Shown in pieces: positions 25,084 through 37,500 of a stretch of 64,000 bases of DNA. Position 1 is the first letter of the stretch. Every line of letters starts with the position of its first letter. The stretch is from Raillietiella orientalis. Its lineage: Eukaryota. The notes beneath the pieces were generated by a model, which saw only the letters and a list, made by a program, of their open reading frames with translations, searched no databases and had not been told where the DNA came from. The translations under genes were made by a program, and so were the position numbers. The stretch covers positions 2,480,001 to 2,544,000 of the forward strand of contig JAYWIR010000028.1 in the NCBI GenBank assembly GCA_036172245.1, in the 5' to 3' direction.

Positions 25084-26294
25084 ATGCACATGAGAACCCT
25101 GGGCAATGCATTTTTGTTTTAAAAACAGCAAGATTTCAAGGTGCGGATGTGCCATTTAGAGTATAAATGAATAAAAATTAATTTATATAACGTCTGTGGA
25201 GTAATTGCATGATTGGAACCGATAGCCCTTAACTTTTATTTGCTATTATTGTTAACCATTACTTGTGATCTATACCCAAAGGGAATCATAAGTCATTTTT
25301 AATCCCCCCCCGTAGAAACGCATATGAACTTTCACACCTGAAGTTACAATTTAGCCCTGTGTACAGCAAGGGAAATTCAGTACACGGACTGATCTGCTAC
25401 TGGGTGTAATACCTTGCATTTCTAGGAACTAGAAAACTATGCTCTCATACCATATAAACAGAGCCAAATGTGTGTCGGTGTTGTTTCGGCCGTGCTGCCC
25501 AACCGCTTGTGAAAGTTTGGAGTTTTCTTATATTCTCCACTGCAATCGATGCCGCTTGTATTTACTTATTATTACATCTTTTTTTTTTTTTTGTCCAGCC
25601 CGTTTTCTGCTAAAATGTAGTTCTCAGTACGGAGGTGCTTTTTGTTTGTCCTTTTTTTTTTTTATTCTAACATTTTCGGGATAAGCAGAAAACGGATGAC
25701 GATGGAAACATACTCTTCCGACTGAAGGGATGCAAATCCAAGAAAAGACTTAAACGCGATGCTCTACGACACGCTTGCCAAAGCAATCATCGCAAAAATC
25801 GAAATTGGGTCTTCCTTTTTTTTCCCGCAGTAGTTGGAAAGAGGGATTGATGTTTCGAGGCAGGACTGCTTTCGGGATTTACGATCGCATGGTGGCGTTT
25901 TGAGAAAAATGGGAGAAATATCTCCGCGAAGCACGGGAACACCAAGAAGTTTGCCGGTCGAGAACCCTTTCGCGGTTGCAATTGCAATGGTCAGCTTTTA
26001 AAGAAGTTCCAAGAAGTGAGCCGCGGGGTTGGTTTCTTTATACTTGTCGTGTGTTTCGCCTAATTTCTTTGTCATTACGGAGGAATAAATAGTTTCTTAC
26101 TGGCACGCGAGGAGAGCAATTACGGCATGCCAATCGTCATCAGTATGTGTAACGAATACGTATGAAACGTAATGTATTTCGGTGTATGTTGATGACCACA
26201 TGCATGTTTTGATGCGAAAGGAATAAACTCCGTTTTGGTTCGCTCTGGAACCGAAGATTTCTGAAAATCCATCCATTTTTAACCCTTTTTTTGC

Positions 26295-27660
26295 ATGGCT
26301 ACAGATTGTGAGCAGCAGCAAAGTCGACATTTGGTGAGCGTTCTTCCAAGGTCGGTGCCTTTGAAACTTTCAAGTGACTCTTACAATTTTCTGCTTAGCA
26401 TGCTGGATGGCGCCGTGTTGTTTCGGTGGTCTTCAACTTCTTTGCCTTCCCGTTTTGCACCCTGGCACCGGCCTCGCAGCCGCGAAAGTCAGGTTCTCTG
26501 ACTCAAAATCGTTAGAAAAAGTGAACACAACCGTTTCGAAAAAGTTCCTCGCCGTACGGGGTTAGGTTCCGAGTAGAAATCTTGCCGTGAACGTACTCTG
26601 GCTTGCCATATATGTAGTTGTATTTGATTTCCGTTACATATCCCTGGCACCTTATGTTATTTGACTTTGGCAATTGGTGTAACGATGCCATCTTTCTAAT
26701 TTTAGCATTTCAGTTTTTTGCAGGAATCATTCCAGCATCCCAGGTATTTTACCTCATACGCCATCGGATTTTCCATGGTGGTGCCTTTTCTTCTCTCATC
26801 GGCACACTGTCTGAGTTCGGTTGTCCGTCTTTGGTGTACAATCACTCTGAAATTTCCGCACGATGAAAGGATGCTTGCAGATTTATGTCCTCCTTATGAA
26901 CTTGCTTTTCCACTTCTCATTGAACACGTTGGGCTTAACCTTGTTTCAGTTGCCGAACTAGCTAATTGCTTTCTAAAGTTATTGATTACTTTTCGGAAGC
27001 TTCCATATGAATCTGAGCAATCTAGTTTGACGATAAAGTTTCAACGAGCTTTCGAAAAGGAGTAGGGTATTTTTGCTTTTTGTACTTGGCCACTATGGTG
27101 AAGGGTTAAATACAACTCAGTGAAGATACAAGTTCCTGCTGGTGTACGTGTTGATCGTTGAGCTCAATCTTTATTGAATATACATTTAGAATCTATGACA
27201 CTGACTCTATAACTCTTGGAAGAATGTTGGCAAAACGATCCATCATTTTGACGCTCTCTCAAGTATTCGTTCACCAATTCATCTTGGCTGACAGTATCTA
27301 AGTGTGCTTTGTTCGGAACAAAGCACTCTTCTGAGAAGGTCTCAGCTTGTTCGAACCCTGAAGCATACTCTATTCTCTCATACTAAGTTCCCATACTCAC
27401 TTCCTTGTTTGGTCCTCGTCTTTAAGGAACTGGACGTCGTCATTCGTGAACCAGGTGATGCGCTGCTCGCAAAGTCAAGGAGATGGAAAATCGAAGAGGA
27501 AACCGTAGAGGAGGAGGTGATAACAAAACAACTGAAGAGTGCTGCTGACCTCAGTTGTTAGCTCTACCAGCAGCTTGCCTCTCTCAAGGAACTCAAAAAG
27601 AAACAAAAAAAGGATGGTACCTTCATCAAGCGGATCGTGTATTTTGCTTTTCCAGGTAGC
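26295..27660 (+). pseudogene. Decayed spliced gene, possibly ribonuclease H2 subunit B-like
   Basis: ATG...TTG/GTGAGC first exon; GLQLLCLPVLHPGTG ~ GLMFVKLVNPCSG; LCPPYELAFPLL ~ ATPVDPLFLLL; KSRRWKIEEETVEEEVITK ~ SKKIKLSDEPVEAKEDYTK; LKELKKKQKKDGTFIKRIVYF ~ QKALAKVDKSGMKSIDTFF. Stops and frameshifts are present; identity is low. Confidence 0.35.
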
Positions 27661-28393
27661 GGATGGTGAATATGCGATCCATCAATCAAAGACTCTTCTT
27701 GCCACTTTATTTGCAAAGCGATTGAATTCCACAGGAGCCTCGTGAATTCTCGTCATTTGAAGGCAGTATGCAGTGTATTGCATTTTCCTCTTTGATGTGA
27801 TCCATATCCCAGTTGTGTACTTTCCTCAGCACTCAGTGGTTGGCTATTCCCGTAACATCCCATGACACAGAACGGCCTTACGAAGGAGGTGTTCTTGTAC
27901 GGAGTGCTTTTGCCTCGCTAATTCGATAGATCGACAAGAGTTCTGTTTCGAGTGTGTGAACATCCGAAGGAAATGAAATCGGTAGGCTATGGACTACCAT
28001 GGATTTCCAATTGCTCGAGAAAAAGCTCTGTGAGTAAAAGCAGCGGTTTCAGCATCATGGATCCACCGGCTGGACTATCCTTTTCCAAGCCTTGAAAATG
28101 TTTTGAAAAATTGCTGCGTGAGAGGAAATGTTCTTTTTTATCAAAAGAGTTATGAAGATGCGCAGCACTAGGGAGATCCGGTGGGATTCAGGAACCGCAC
28201 TGTCTGCTTGTGTGAGTGAGGGTGTTTTTTCCTTGCAAAGAGCACGTTGGATCGCCCGGGGGAAGCGATAGCTGCGAACTATTTCACCCTTTTTTTGTCA
28301 TCAGGAGAAAATAGCTACTCTCCAATCTAGCTGAACTTTTCAGGTAGCAAATCTGTCACACTGCAATTAGCTTGGAGCTCTCGAGCTCCCTGC

Positions 28394-28504
28394 CTTATTA
28401 CCTGCAGCTCTCCTTTTCGGTTTCCCTAAAGGAAAGCTAAAGAAGAAGTGCAAGGATAGGGATGAAAGTGCCTGGACCCGGCGCAGAAGAACGGGAAGGG
28501 AGAA
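28394..28504 (+). repeat. 111-bp direct repeat copy 1
   Basis: Matches 30525-30635 with 4 mismatches. Confidence 0.95.
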
Positions 28505-28739
28505 TCTTTTCAGTAGTAGTCCGAGCTCGAGGATCCATCTGTCCTATCAGTATGGTCACTCCTTTCAACTTATTAAAGGGACAGAAACAACGATACTTCT
28601 GAAATCCCTAAGCACTACAGTTTGCTTTTGCTATTCGTTTCAGACTTTTAAGCATCCTTTCCTTTGGTTTTTTGGGTTTCCTCCCTGATGTGTTTGTGAA
28701 CAGGAAGTTAGGAGTAAGTCAGCCTGACAATTTGCATCG

Positions 28740-30260
28740 TCCTTGCTTGACTACGCAGCATCCGCTCCGTGTGAGGAAACCAATCCTTGTGTTCATGGAC
28801 GGAAGCGAGTGAGGGATGTGCGTAAAGCGGCAATGCATCTGGATGCAGATGCATTGCAGCGGAATCTGGCCAAGCAGCCGTTCTGCGTGTTACTTCATAG
28901 ACTGAAGAGAAGGGAAACGGCACGTGGTTGGAGCTCAGACCACGGCGCCTTCGGGATGCACTCCATCTTTCACTGGCACTCCCAGAACGAGAAGTTTTCC
29001 ACAGATGCATTTCAGTTAGTTCTGTTCGGAACGTCCCGTTGATTCCATGTTCAAATACTCCAAATAATCATCGTTCTTCGCCTAATGACTCTTAGTAATC
29101 GCTAATCATTACTGCGATCTTCACAAAATGAGTTTTTATTCCAGTCTCGAAGTCCTTGCTAAATTGTGGAATATGATGTTAATAGGCTCGGAAAGTTTAC
29201 GGTATTCACAAACTAAAGCATGTCTAAAGTTTCTTTTCGGTTTCTAGAGAATTATTATAATTATGATTCTTTCCATTACGAGTGCCAAATATTTATGAAT
29301 AGATAATGCTTTATTGATATACATACTTTTTTTGAACATGCATTATAATGTAATGAATAAGAATTAAACTGCCAGTTTGTTTCCTATGTAATCTTGGGAA
29401 TGGGGTTCGTATCCTTGGTGATGAAAAACTTGAATCCTTTTCTTGCACGCGTGAAACAAAAACACGTTGTTTGTAAAGCAGAATGAGGTACTCTAGTATA
29501 GACAACAGATGATTGAGAAATGAGGAAGGGGACTTAATTTGACAGCTGTGAGAACTGTCAGGGAAGTCTGCTTACTAATGGATCGTCCTCGTGGAACTCA
29601 CCTTTCAGCGTTTTCACATTGGTGTTTCGATTATTTAAGAGTACGTCATCTTCTTCTTGAAGGGTAATTGGGAGGAGTTCTAATCGAGACACAAAGGGTA
29701 AGAAAGCATGGAGCGAACCACGATATAACAAAGTTAAAGTAGAACTTTGGACGTGTTTATTTTATTTTTCGCAAACTCATTTGAGAGCGGCCAGTTGAAT
29801 GTGGTAATCAGAGAGTTCAGATGGCCGGTCGCCCTGGTGCGAGATTCGAGGACGGGTGTACCACGATCACGGGTGTGCCGGAAGGTGCATCCAGACGAGG
29901 ATGTGAAATCTTGTTGAGACGGGAACTTCATCTTCGTATCGATGATTATGGGTTGTTGGCGCCTGCTTTTCGCACGCGTGGTTATCCGTGCTCGTGAACG
30001 TGAGCAACGTGAGGAAGAACTTTCGAGAAAGTTGCTAGCAATTCCCTCTGATGGAACAAAATCTTCATCGAGCATCGGGAACATTCGTAAACTTGAGCAG
30101 CTCTCCAGGGGCACCTGTTGTTGTTTTCGAACACTTCGGAAAAGCATGGCGAATAGATGGAAGAGCTGTGAGTGAACTCCGAAAGAAATTGCTGGCAATG
30201 CTGCAAGCAGCCAGAGGCTGTACCTTAGAAAAAAAAGGATTTCTTCGATGAAGATAACAT
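28740..30260 (+). mobile_element. hAT (Buster/Charlie-type) transposase relic with an AT-rich interruption
   Basis: DALQRNLAKQPFCVLL ~ DQL...L....FSLQLDE; STDAFQLV ~ GEDIFNLV; QLNVVIREF...DSRT ~ LNTVIKAVN...NSRL; IGNIRKLEQLS ~ LSDIFEKLNELN. Confidence 0.45.
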
Positions 30261-30524
30261 GCCATGCATCATTACTGCAAAATTAAATCTAATTAAATCA
30301 AAGATAAGCTAAATAAGCTGATGGGACCATACCCCATTTATGACTCGTCTCTTTGATCTCCCCGTTCTCCTTCCTTCATCTTCAATTTTCCTACCTCTGA
30401 TCTTTTTTAGAACATGAATTACATTGTCGATCAATACTTGACTAATAATCTGATTAAGATTGGAATCAGGAAGGAGCTCAAAAAAAATAAAATGACACAG
30501 CTCTTAAACCGTTAATCTCCATGT

Positions 30525-30635
30525 CTTATTACCTGCAGCTCTCCTTTTCGGTTTCCCTAAAGGAATGCTAAAGAAGAAGTGCAAGGATAGGGATGAAAGT
30601 GCCTGGACCGGACACAGAAGAACGGGAAGGGAGAA
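30525..30635 (+). repeat. 111-bp direct repeat copy 2
   Basis: Matches 28394-28504 with 4 mismatches. Confidence 0.95.
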
Positions 30636-30699
30636 CCCAGGAGCTCAAGACGCTACCATGAGAAGGAAAACTCGATCCCAGCCTTCGTCTCCAGCTCAT

Positions 30700-31510
30700 T
30701 TAAGCCAAGCATCCCGAATTCTCCGGAGTCAAACAGTAGGTGAAAATCGCAAATTGAGGGGATTTGCCCCAGTGAAGAGGTCCTATGGTCCGTCTGGCTG
30801 CTCTTCAGAGGTCATCTGGAAGAACTATGTTTGTCCTTTCGATAAGCCCATGTCTTTTGCCGTTGAGCTATTTCCTTTTTCACAAGGTAAGGAAATAGAT
30901 CTCGGAGACTACTCTTCACTCCTTCCAACTCTTTCCTTTAGGGTTGCAAGCCACTTTGCTGTGAGCGAATTCTTGAATCACTCTGCATGCACCTCGGAGA
31001 ACCTCGCTCTTCGTGCTCCCATCCCAACGCACAAACACGCTGCGATCCGAATGTTAACGGACCATGACTTTCCACTGCCCTCGGAGTGGCCCATTTTCTG
31101 CTTCCATGGCGTTCCCAAGATGAAAACGTTGGTTTCCCCGCTGCTGAAATGCGAGACGCACTTCTGTGCGAAGTGTTGTGTGGTTATCGCAGCTACAGCT
31201 GAGTTCTGAACAGTGACATCGTTACTCATCACTATCATCTGGTTCCCAGGCAGAGAAGATTCCTGTTCATTTCCCCCCATCGCGCTTTGGCCCGGATGCT
31301 TTGTTCCCTGTCTCATCCATGCAGACGTCCGCACACTCCGCTCCGTTTTCAAGGACGCACCAACAGAACACGTCAAGAGTTGAGCATCCCGCCAAATGCT
31401 GGTGGAAAATTCCTGGTTCTGTTTTCTCATAGAAATCGCTGCCTGACAAGCAGCACTGTGCGGCAGAGTTCTTCCGGGAAAAGGGTGGGGAAAGTCCTTA
31501 TTCCGCATCA
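30700..31510 (-). mobile_element. Ty3/Gypsy integrase relic
   Basis: NQMIVMSND ~ N.YILV..D; AAITTQHFAQKCVSHFSSGETNVFILGTPW ~ TAETVARAFVEEWICRFGTPETIHSDQGTQF. Confidence 0.5.
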
Positions 31511-32299
31511 TTCTGTAAAGTATGGCTTATACTTCCATTTCCAGGCTTGATGAGCCCGAAATTCTATTTTCCCCCTTTTGTTCCCGCTCGCTCTTTGTCC
31601 TGAGTGATAAATTATATGGCCAACAGCAATAAGTTTATCCCTCCCTGCTCTCCTTTGATAAGACATGGGAGGCTTCATGGACTCTGGAAAACGGAATCCA
31701 GGATTTTTTTCCATTCCTTCTTTGCCTCTTTCTTCCTAGAATGCGTATCCTGGAAGCGGGGTTCTTATCCTTTCCGCATTGCTAGGACAGCGCTGGTTGC
31801 GGTTTCCCCATCATCTTCCGAAAAGGCTGATCCATTTCCAATCCTGCCTCTGCAGACATGGTCGGTTGAATCGTGTGAATCGATGATGAACTCGGTACTT
31901 TGTCCCCATCAGGAAAGGAGGAAAGTAGCAGTCATCCGTCTCTCACGGCGACGAGGCAGCAAGACATGTGGCCACTGTGGCTCGCGGATAGATCAAAAGG
32001 TCGCTCATAAGGCGTATGAAATTGCAGAGCTACCCAAAGAGGACAACAGGACAAGGTCAAAAAGACGGAATTTACTCATTCAATGATGCTTTAACGGTTC
32101 CCCTCTACAATCTTTTTTTTTTTTTTTTTTTTTAAGAAATCCATCCTTGCATCTTCCACTGCATATAGATTTTGATTTTAAAGAAAAGTTAAATGAAGTT
32201 TTCTTGCGCTGGCACTCCTGACGAGGACACGAGGGCAAGAAATGAGCAGCAGCCTTACCCTCGCATCGGATGGAAACGAAGAGCAGACTTGGCTTCCTC

Positions 32300-33050
32300 T
32301 TCACGCGTTCATCTGAACTGCTCCCAGGTGATGTGGGATTTCAGCTGCCCATTCTTCAGTGGCCAAAACCCTCTCAACCATCGTACTCGAAAACACTGCG
32401 GAGATTAAGAGTGCACTAGAAAAATGTCCACAATAACGTCAAGGAAGGTGGAAGCAGCTCTTCTTCTGAACCAAATGGAATCGAAAGGAAATGTCTTTGC
32501 CTCCTTCTCCTTACCACGAAGCACCGCGTGCAAGCGCCACCACTACCAGCAACCCTCTTCTCAGGGGGGACGTTCTCTCTGAAGACAGTCCGTCGAGCCG
32601 AGCAGGCAGTTCTGTCGGCCCGGCTGAGCACCGCTTTGCGTCTTCCCACCCGGAGACATCAGAGCGGTGACTGAGAGGCACAACTTTGACGAGATCGCTG
32701 CCGGCGGTGCGCCTGGATGCGTGTGGGTAGCCGTCAAACAGACTGGAGTCTTCACAGTGGATCGAAGGAGCCACTGCGAGGGATTCATTTCGTCCTTCCG
32801 CGAGTCTGCATTCGCCGTTGTCTCGTCAGCAGCAGCAGTAGCAGAAGCCATCGCAAAGACGTTGCTTCTCGATTGGAGGTCGCTCCGCTGCCTCTTCCCT
32901 CATCCCTTCCCGAAAGTCAACGCAGGATTTCCTGGACATACGTTTAGAAAACCCTGGAGGCTGGGGCAGGCATGTGGGAATGACAAATCCCGGGTCGAGA
33001 TTCTAGGGAGAGCTGGGAGAGGGTTCGTTAATCGAAGACGTATCTTGTTC
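32300..33050 (-). mobile_element. Helitron PIF1-helicase relic (motifs I-III)
   Basis: LNVCPGNPALTF ~ LDGPGGTGKTF; LQSRSNVFAMASATAAA ~ LRSRGKIVLAVASSGIAA. 32530-32727 is also visibly similar at DNA level to 50540-50735. Confidence 0.65.
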
Positions 33051-33123
33051 CTCTTTCAGGAGACCTTGTGTTCTCCTGGGAAGGTAAGAGAGGAATGGTT
33101 TGACAGCAGTGGCATGTCTCTGT

Positions 33124-33129
33124 TTTATT
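33124..33129 (-). promoter_or_regulatory. Candidate polyadenylation signal of the Dok-7-like gene
   Basis: AATAAA on the - strand about 95 nt after the stop codon. Confidence 0.55.
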
Positions 33130-33223
33130 CGTAGAAAATAGCAAGTGCGGACGCAGCCACGTGTCTCTGACATCAGTGGAGGAACGAATGGAAGCCTATG
33201 GGGGGGAGAGGGAGGAAGGGTCT

Positions 33224-34544
33224 TCACTTGTTGCTACTTCCCACGGACAAACTGTCAAAGTAATCGGACAGATCGGATGCTCCGCTGGTGCTGCTCGCTG
33301 GTCTCTGGGTTCCCGAATTGACCAGGACACTGTCGCGCCAAGCCGAGAGCCCGATGCGGCGCTCCGCGTCATCCTTCACCCAGAAGCGGGGAAGGGAAGA
33401 GTGGAGACAGCCTCTGGACTTCTTGTGCCCCAGACCGGAATCGGTGGAGCTTGCTGAATCCTGGTTAGGGACGCACTTCTTCCTGGAGAGCGCTTCGGAC
33501 CCTCCCATGCTCTCCAGAGCGTTCCAGCTCTCCCACGATGACCAACTCCTGGACACACTGGCGTGGGACGGGCTGTAGGCTGCCGCGCTTAGCTCTTCGG
33601 ATACTTCTTCGGCGAAATTGTCTGGTTCTGGAGGCAGGGCTCGCGAACTCTCGACCGACCGGCAGCGTCGGGACACGCTCTCTAGCTTCTGAGAGCATGC
33701 TCGGGGCATGCTGGCCCAGGCGCTGAAGACTGTTGGTCCCATGTCCATATACTCGCTATCCAGGATACGCGCCCTGCACGTGCCTCTGCAGCAGGGACAG
33801 CAGACCTGCGAGACGTTGGCGTAAATGGGCGCACGGCGGGCCTCCGACAACGATGAGGACGACGCGAGGGGCAAGTTGGCATACTGGCGGTGGCACCGGG
33901 AGAACTTGGGAACGTCGTACTGGGGAGAGAGGGTGGATCTGACTTCGTGGTGCAGGTAGCACCGGAGACCGCAGCTGGACCTCGACTTGCTCAAATGGTA
34001 GCGGATGGGAATAGTCGCGCGATGGACGAAGTGGGAGGGCTGGGAGCAGATCAGGTTGAATGGGACGTCGTACTTGTGATTCGGCAGGTTCTTTAGGAGC
34101 GGAGCGTTCTTGGAGCCGTCCTGAGACGACGACGGCGGAGGCGGCGGCGCGTTGTTGCAGCTTGCTCTGCGAGACATCCCTGCATCCAGGAAGGAAAAGC
34201 AGCTGTCCGAGGTGCGGATGCCTCCACATCGCCCCGTGGGACTCTGAGGTTGCGATCCCTGAGTCCACGCGGACATGCACATCTTGTCTGGAAAGGAGCA
34301 AAGAGGAAGGGAGAGGTCATTCCCTCCAGTGCGCTCACGCAGAGGGGAGAAGGGTTGGCACTTGCCGGACACGTGTCTCTGCAGAGGCCTCATGGTGCGC
34401 TGCAGGCGACCCTCCGCCGCCAGGCGAATGCAGTGCCCGATGTCCTCAGCGCGACTGGAGCGCACCACGTGCAGTCCGGTTCCCTGGTTGCCGCACCGAG
34501 ATCCTCCCTCAAACGCGAACTTGCTCCCAACCACACCGAATCTC
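33224..34544 (-). CDS. DOK7: Dok-7-like terminal exon(s): PTB end plus Tyr-motif tail
   Basis: Acceptor TTTTTCTTCAG; RFGVVGSKFAFEGGSRCG; open to TGA at 33224; YDVP x2, YANL, YANV and YMDM motifs. Confidence 0.88.
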
Positions 34545-37500
34545 CTGAAGAAAAAGAGGGATTGTCTCCTTCCCCAAAGGGGGAAGTAAAAAGGTTTCTT
34601 TGTTCCACTTACAAGCCCCGATCCTCATTTCAACCACCCTTCCCGACAACACCACTTACCTCAGGCTGCTCACCTCCCACAACTGCAGCAACTTGGGTGG
34701 CGCCGAGGTGGTCAGTGATAGGTAACCGTCGACCAGGTGCAGCTTCACGGGTCCCAGCTGCAGCTTGGACTTGGCAGGGGTTGCGATGAGCTGCACCAGC
34801 CACTGGTGGTCTGAAAGGAGAGGAGATAGAGGATGTGGTGAAGGGTGGGCGGTGCGTGACCTGACCTCCCTTTTCTTCTGGAGAGGGTATGAAAGAGCCT
34901 AAGAAGGACAGCAGGTGGACTCACCAATGCCCAGATTCGTGGCCACCTTCACCTGCCAATGGATGAGTCTCTCTCGGTTCTCGAAAGCCAGAATGACAGT
35001 CACGAAGCGGCAGATGACGGCGAGAGTGTGGGATTCCTTGTCCATGGTGAATCCTGGGGGATGAAAGGGCGCGAATGAGTCGGGGCAACAGGCGCAACCT
35101 CCGCCGTCGTCTCCTCGAGGGGGAAAGATAACCCTGCCCTTGCAACGCGCCTGCTGCCCAGTGACAGACAGGTCCTCTGTTCCCTTGTCTCTCTGCTAGA
35201 CGGAGAAGAACACGAGAGTCAAAGGATCGGCGCCTCTCCCAAGGGAAGAGAGCAGAGCGATGTTTCCCTGGCTTCAACCTTGCCTCAGAGTGAGAAGGAG
35301 ACGCCAGTTATTAGCCAGCTGAAACCCTTTCCTTGCCTCTCGTCGAACGCAAACCCGGAGGCGCTGCCACCGCTTGGAGGTTTCTAGAGAAGGCGGAGGG
35401 AAGGGGCGTTGGCTGTGAGGAGTCACAGTGGACGGAATGGGGAGGGGACTCCCTCCCCTCGTTTGTAACCCGCCTCCTTTCACACTCTTCCTGGACCGTA
35501 GTAGGGAAAGAAAGACAAGTGGATCCGGTCAGATTTGGAGTCTGCGCCTGCTGATCCGTGTGCGACCTACCACAAGGGAGAGCGTCCCAAGTAAAGCACC
35601 TGTGAAAAAGAACAAAGGAAGGAGGGAGAATCGTGTCCTCACTCGCTTTCACTTTTCTCCCTACTGCTGGAAAGAGGGCACGACGATGGGGAGGCAGTTC
35701 CTAAGATACCCGTGCTGGCGCGTGTGTCCAAAATTCTACAATTCTGGAGTGCATATCTGGGAGAAGAAAAGAGAGCAGACAAGCCGAGATGCAATGGGAA
35801 CACGGCTAAGGGAGAGGGATGAGGAGAGATAAGGAGGAGGCTACGGTGGCAGCGGCGGCAGAAGCAGCAAAGAGAAGTTCTTCTCCTCCTCCCCCTTTCG
35901 CGAGAGGACCGGAAGTAGACGGCGCCGCGGCTCTTCCGGGTCCGCTTTTATCGATCGCCCGTTCCACGCAACCGGCGGCGTGGCGTCCCAGAACGCTCCA
36001 GCCGTTCGGGCTGGAGACAGACCGGGTGATAAGGGAAGCGGCTCCTGGAACAGAAATCGCCATGGAAATCTGCCGTTGTGATCTGCTGTGTGTGCCTGCG
36101 GGAGAGCTCTTTCGAGCGGAAAGGGAAGCAGCAGGCCGATGGAAACCTCGAAGACGAGCGATTCCCGAAGCGATGTTCTAGGGGGAAAGGGGGGAAAGGA
36201 GAGACCCTGCCATAGACACCACGCTCTCCCCAGGGATCGAGCGAAGAGCCCCCTCTCAGGGGTGAATTTTTTTGAAAGAAGGATCGATCATGGCAGGATG
36301 ATGATGATGATGATGATTATGATGAGCGTCCAGGAGCACAAGGGACGCAAATTTCTCTTCTGTGAGGCCCCTCCCTCTTCCTCTGCCGTGCCCAACGTTC
36401 GTTGCCTCTGGGGAACGGAGCCGGGGAACGATGCGTACGGGAGAGGTGGTTTCCACCCCTGTCCCCCCGCTCCATGGCACCATCGAAAGCTAGGCTTCTC
36501 TTTCGCTCCAGAGGACAGATGGCGCATCCTGACGGGAAAGCTCTCGACCCACCCTTCCCTCTTCGCATGACCCTTCCGACGAGGAACGGATCCGCTGCGG
36601 GGAGAAGAAGGGGGAAAGGGATCTTTTCTCCCCAAAATAAGGATCTTCGGACGCGCCCGAACTGAGCTCCGCCTCTTTTCCTTTCCTCGTTGCCCTTCGG
36701 AGAAGCACAGGGGACGAAAAAAAGTCACAGAGGATGAGAGGGGGCGGTGGTGAGCAGTCTGCTCTCGAGGATGACGGACACTTGCCTCCAAGGCTCCATC
36801 CAGAATCCCATAGACCCGGCATCCGGCTCGCATCCCGAGCACTCGGCGACGCACGCTTGCAGTGCCGTGAGGGGGCGCCTTTAGGGAGCGCTTCCAGGCT
36901 CTTCATTGTCTCCCGCTTTCCTACCTAGGATCACAGCCCCAGCTCTATCTGTTTTCTTTCAGAACCATTGCTTCCGATTATGAATGGAACGACCACCTGT
37001 CAACTCATCACCCTCATCCGTCTCCCGGAAGCACTCGAACGCGGAGGATCCCGGATTTTCGGCAGGGAAGGTCGTCCTCCCCTGTCTGGGTCTGTTCAGG
37101 TTCGGAGGTGGTCCTGGATGTTGCCTCCGCACTGACACTTCTTTTTCCGGAGGTTCAGATGCACCCCAAGGGGGGGGGAGATAGGGAGATATCAGGTCTG
37201 TTGTGAATGTCCTCCGCTCAGGGGGCGGCGTTGCGTTGGTTGCGGAAGAGTTTCTTGTGCTCTCCAGTTCCCCAGGGAAGATTGGCGGGATCGTCGGAAC
37301 GACCTCTGATCTGAGTGGTTGGGAAGAGGGAATCGCAAGGGATTCAACAGGCTGCCGATTGCCGCCTTTTCATATGCAGGGGCGCCCCTGTCCTGGAGAA
37401 AGAGGAGAGCAGCGTCCCTCTGAACGGCGCGAAGATGATGACGGCTCGGATGCACTCCGAGAGAAGCAGCAGCTGTCCCTCAGGTTCCCCATCAAAGATG

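Noticed and set aside
25690..25960. Possible mariner transposase fragment (LNAMLYDTLAKAIIAK)
   Set aside because: A single weak motif resemblance; not enough to call.
32530..32727. Similarity to 50540-50735 as a conserved regulatory element or ncRNA
   Set aside because: Both segments fall in the same PIF1 motif II-III region of Helitron relics, so shared ancestry explains the similarity.
36298..36324. Poly-Met / poly-His / poly-Ile peptides
   Set aside because: Translations of an intronic ATG microsatellite.
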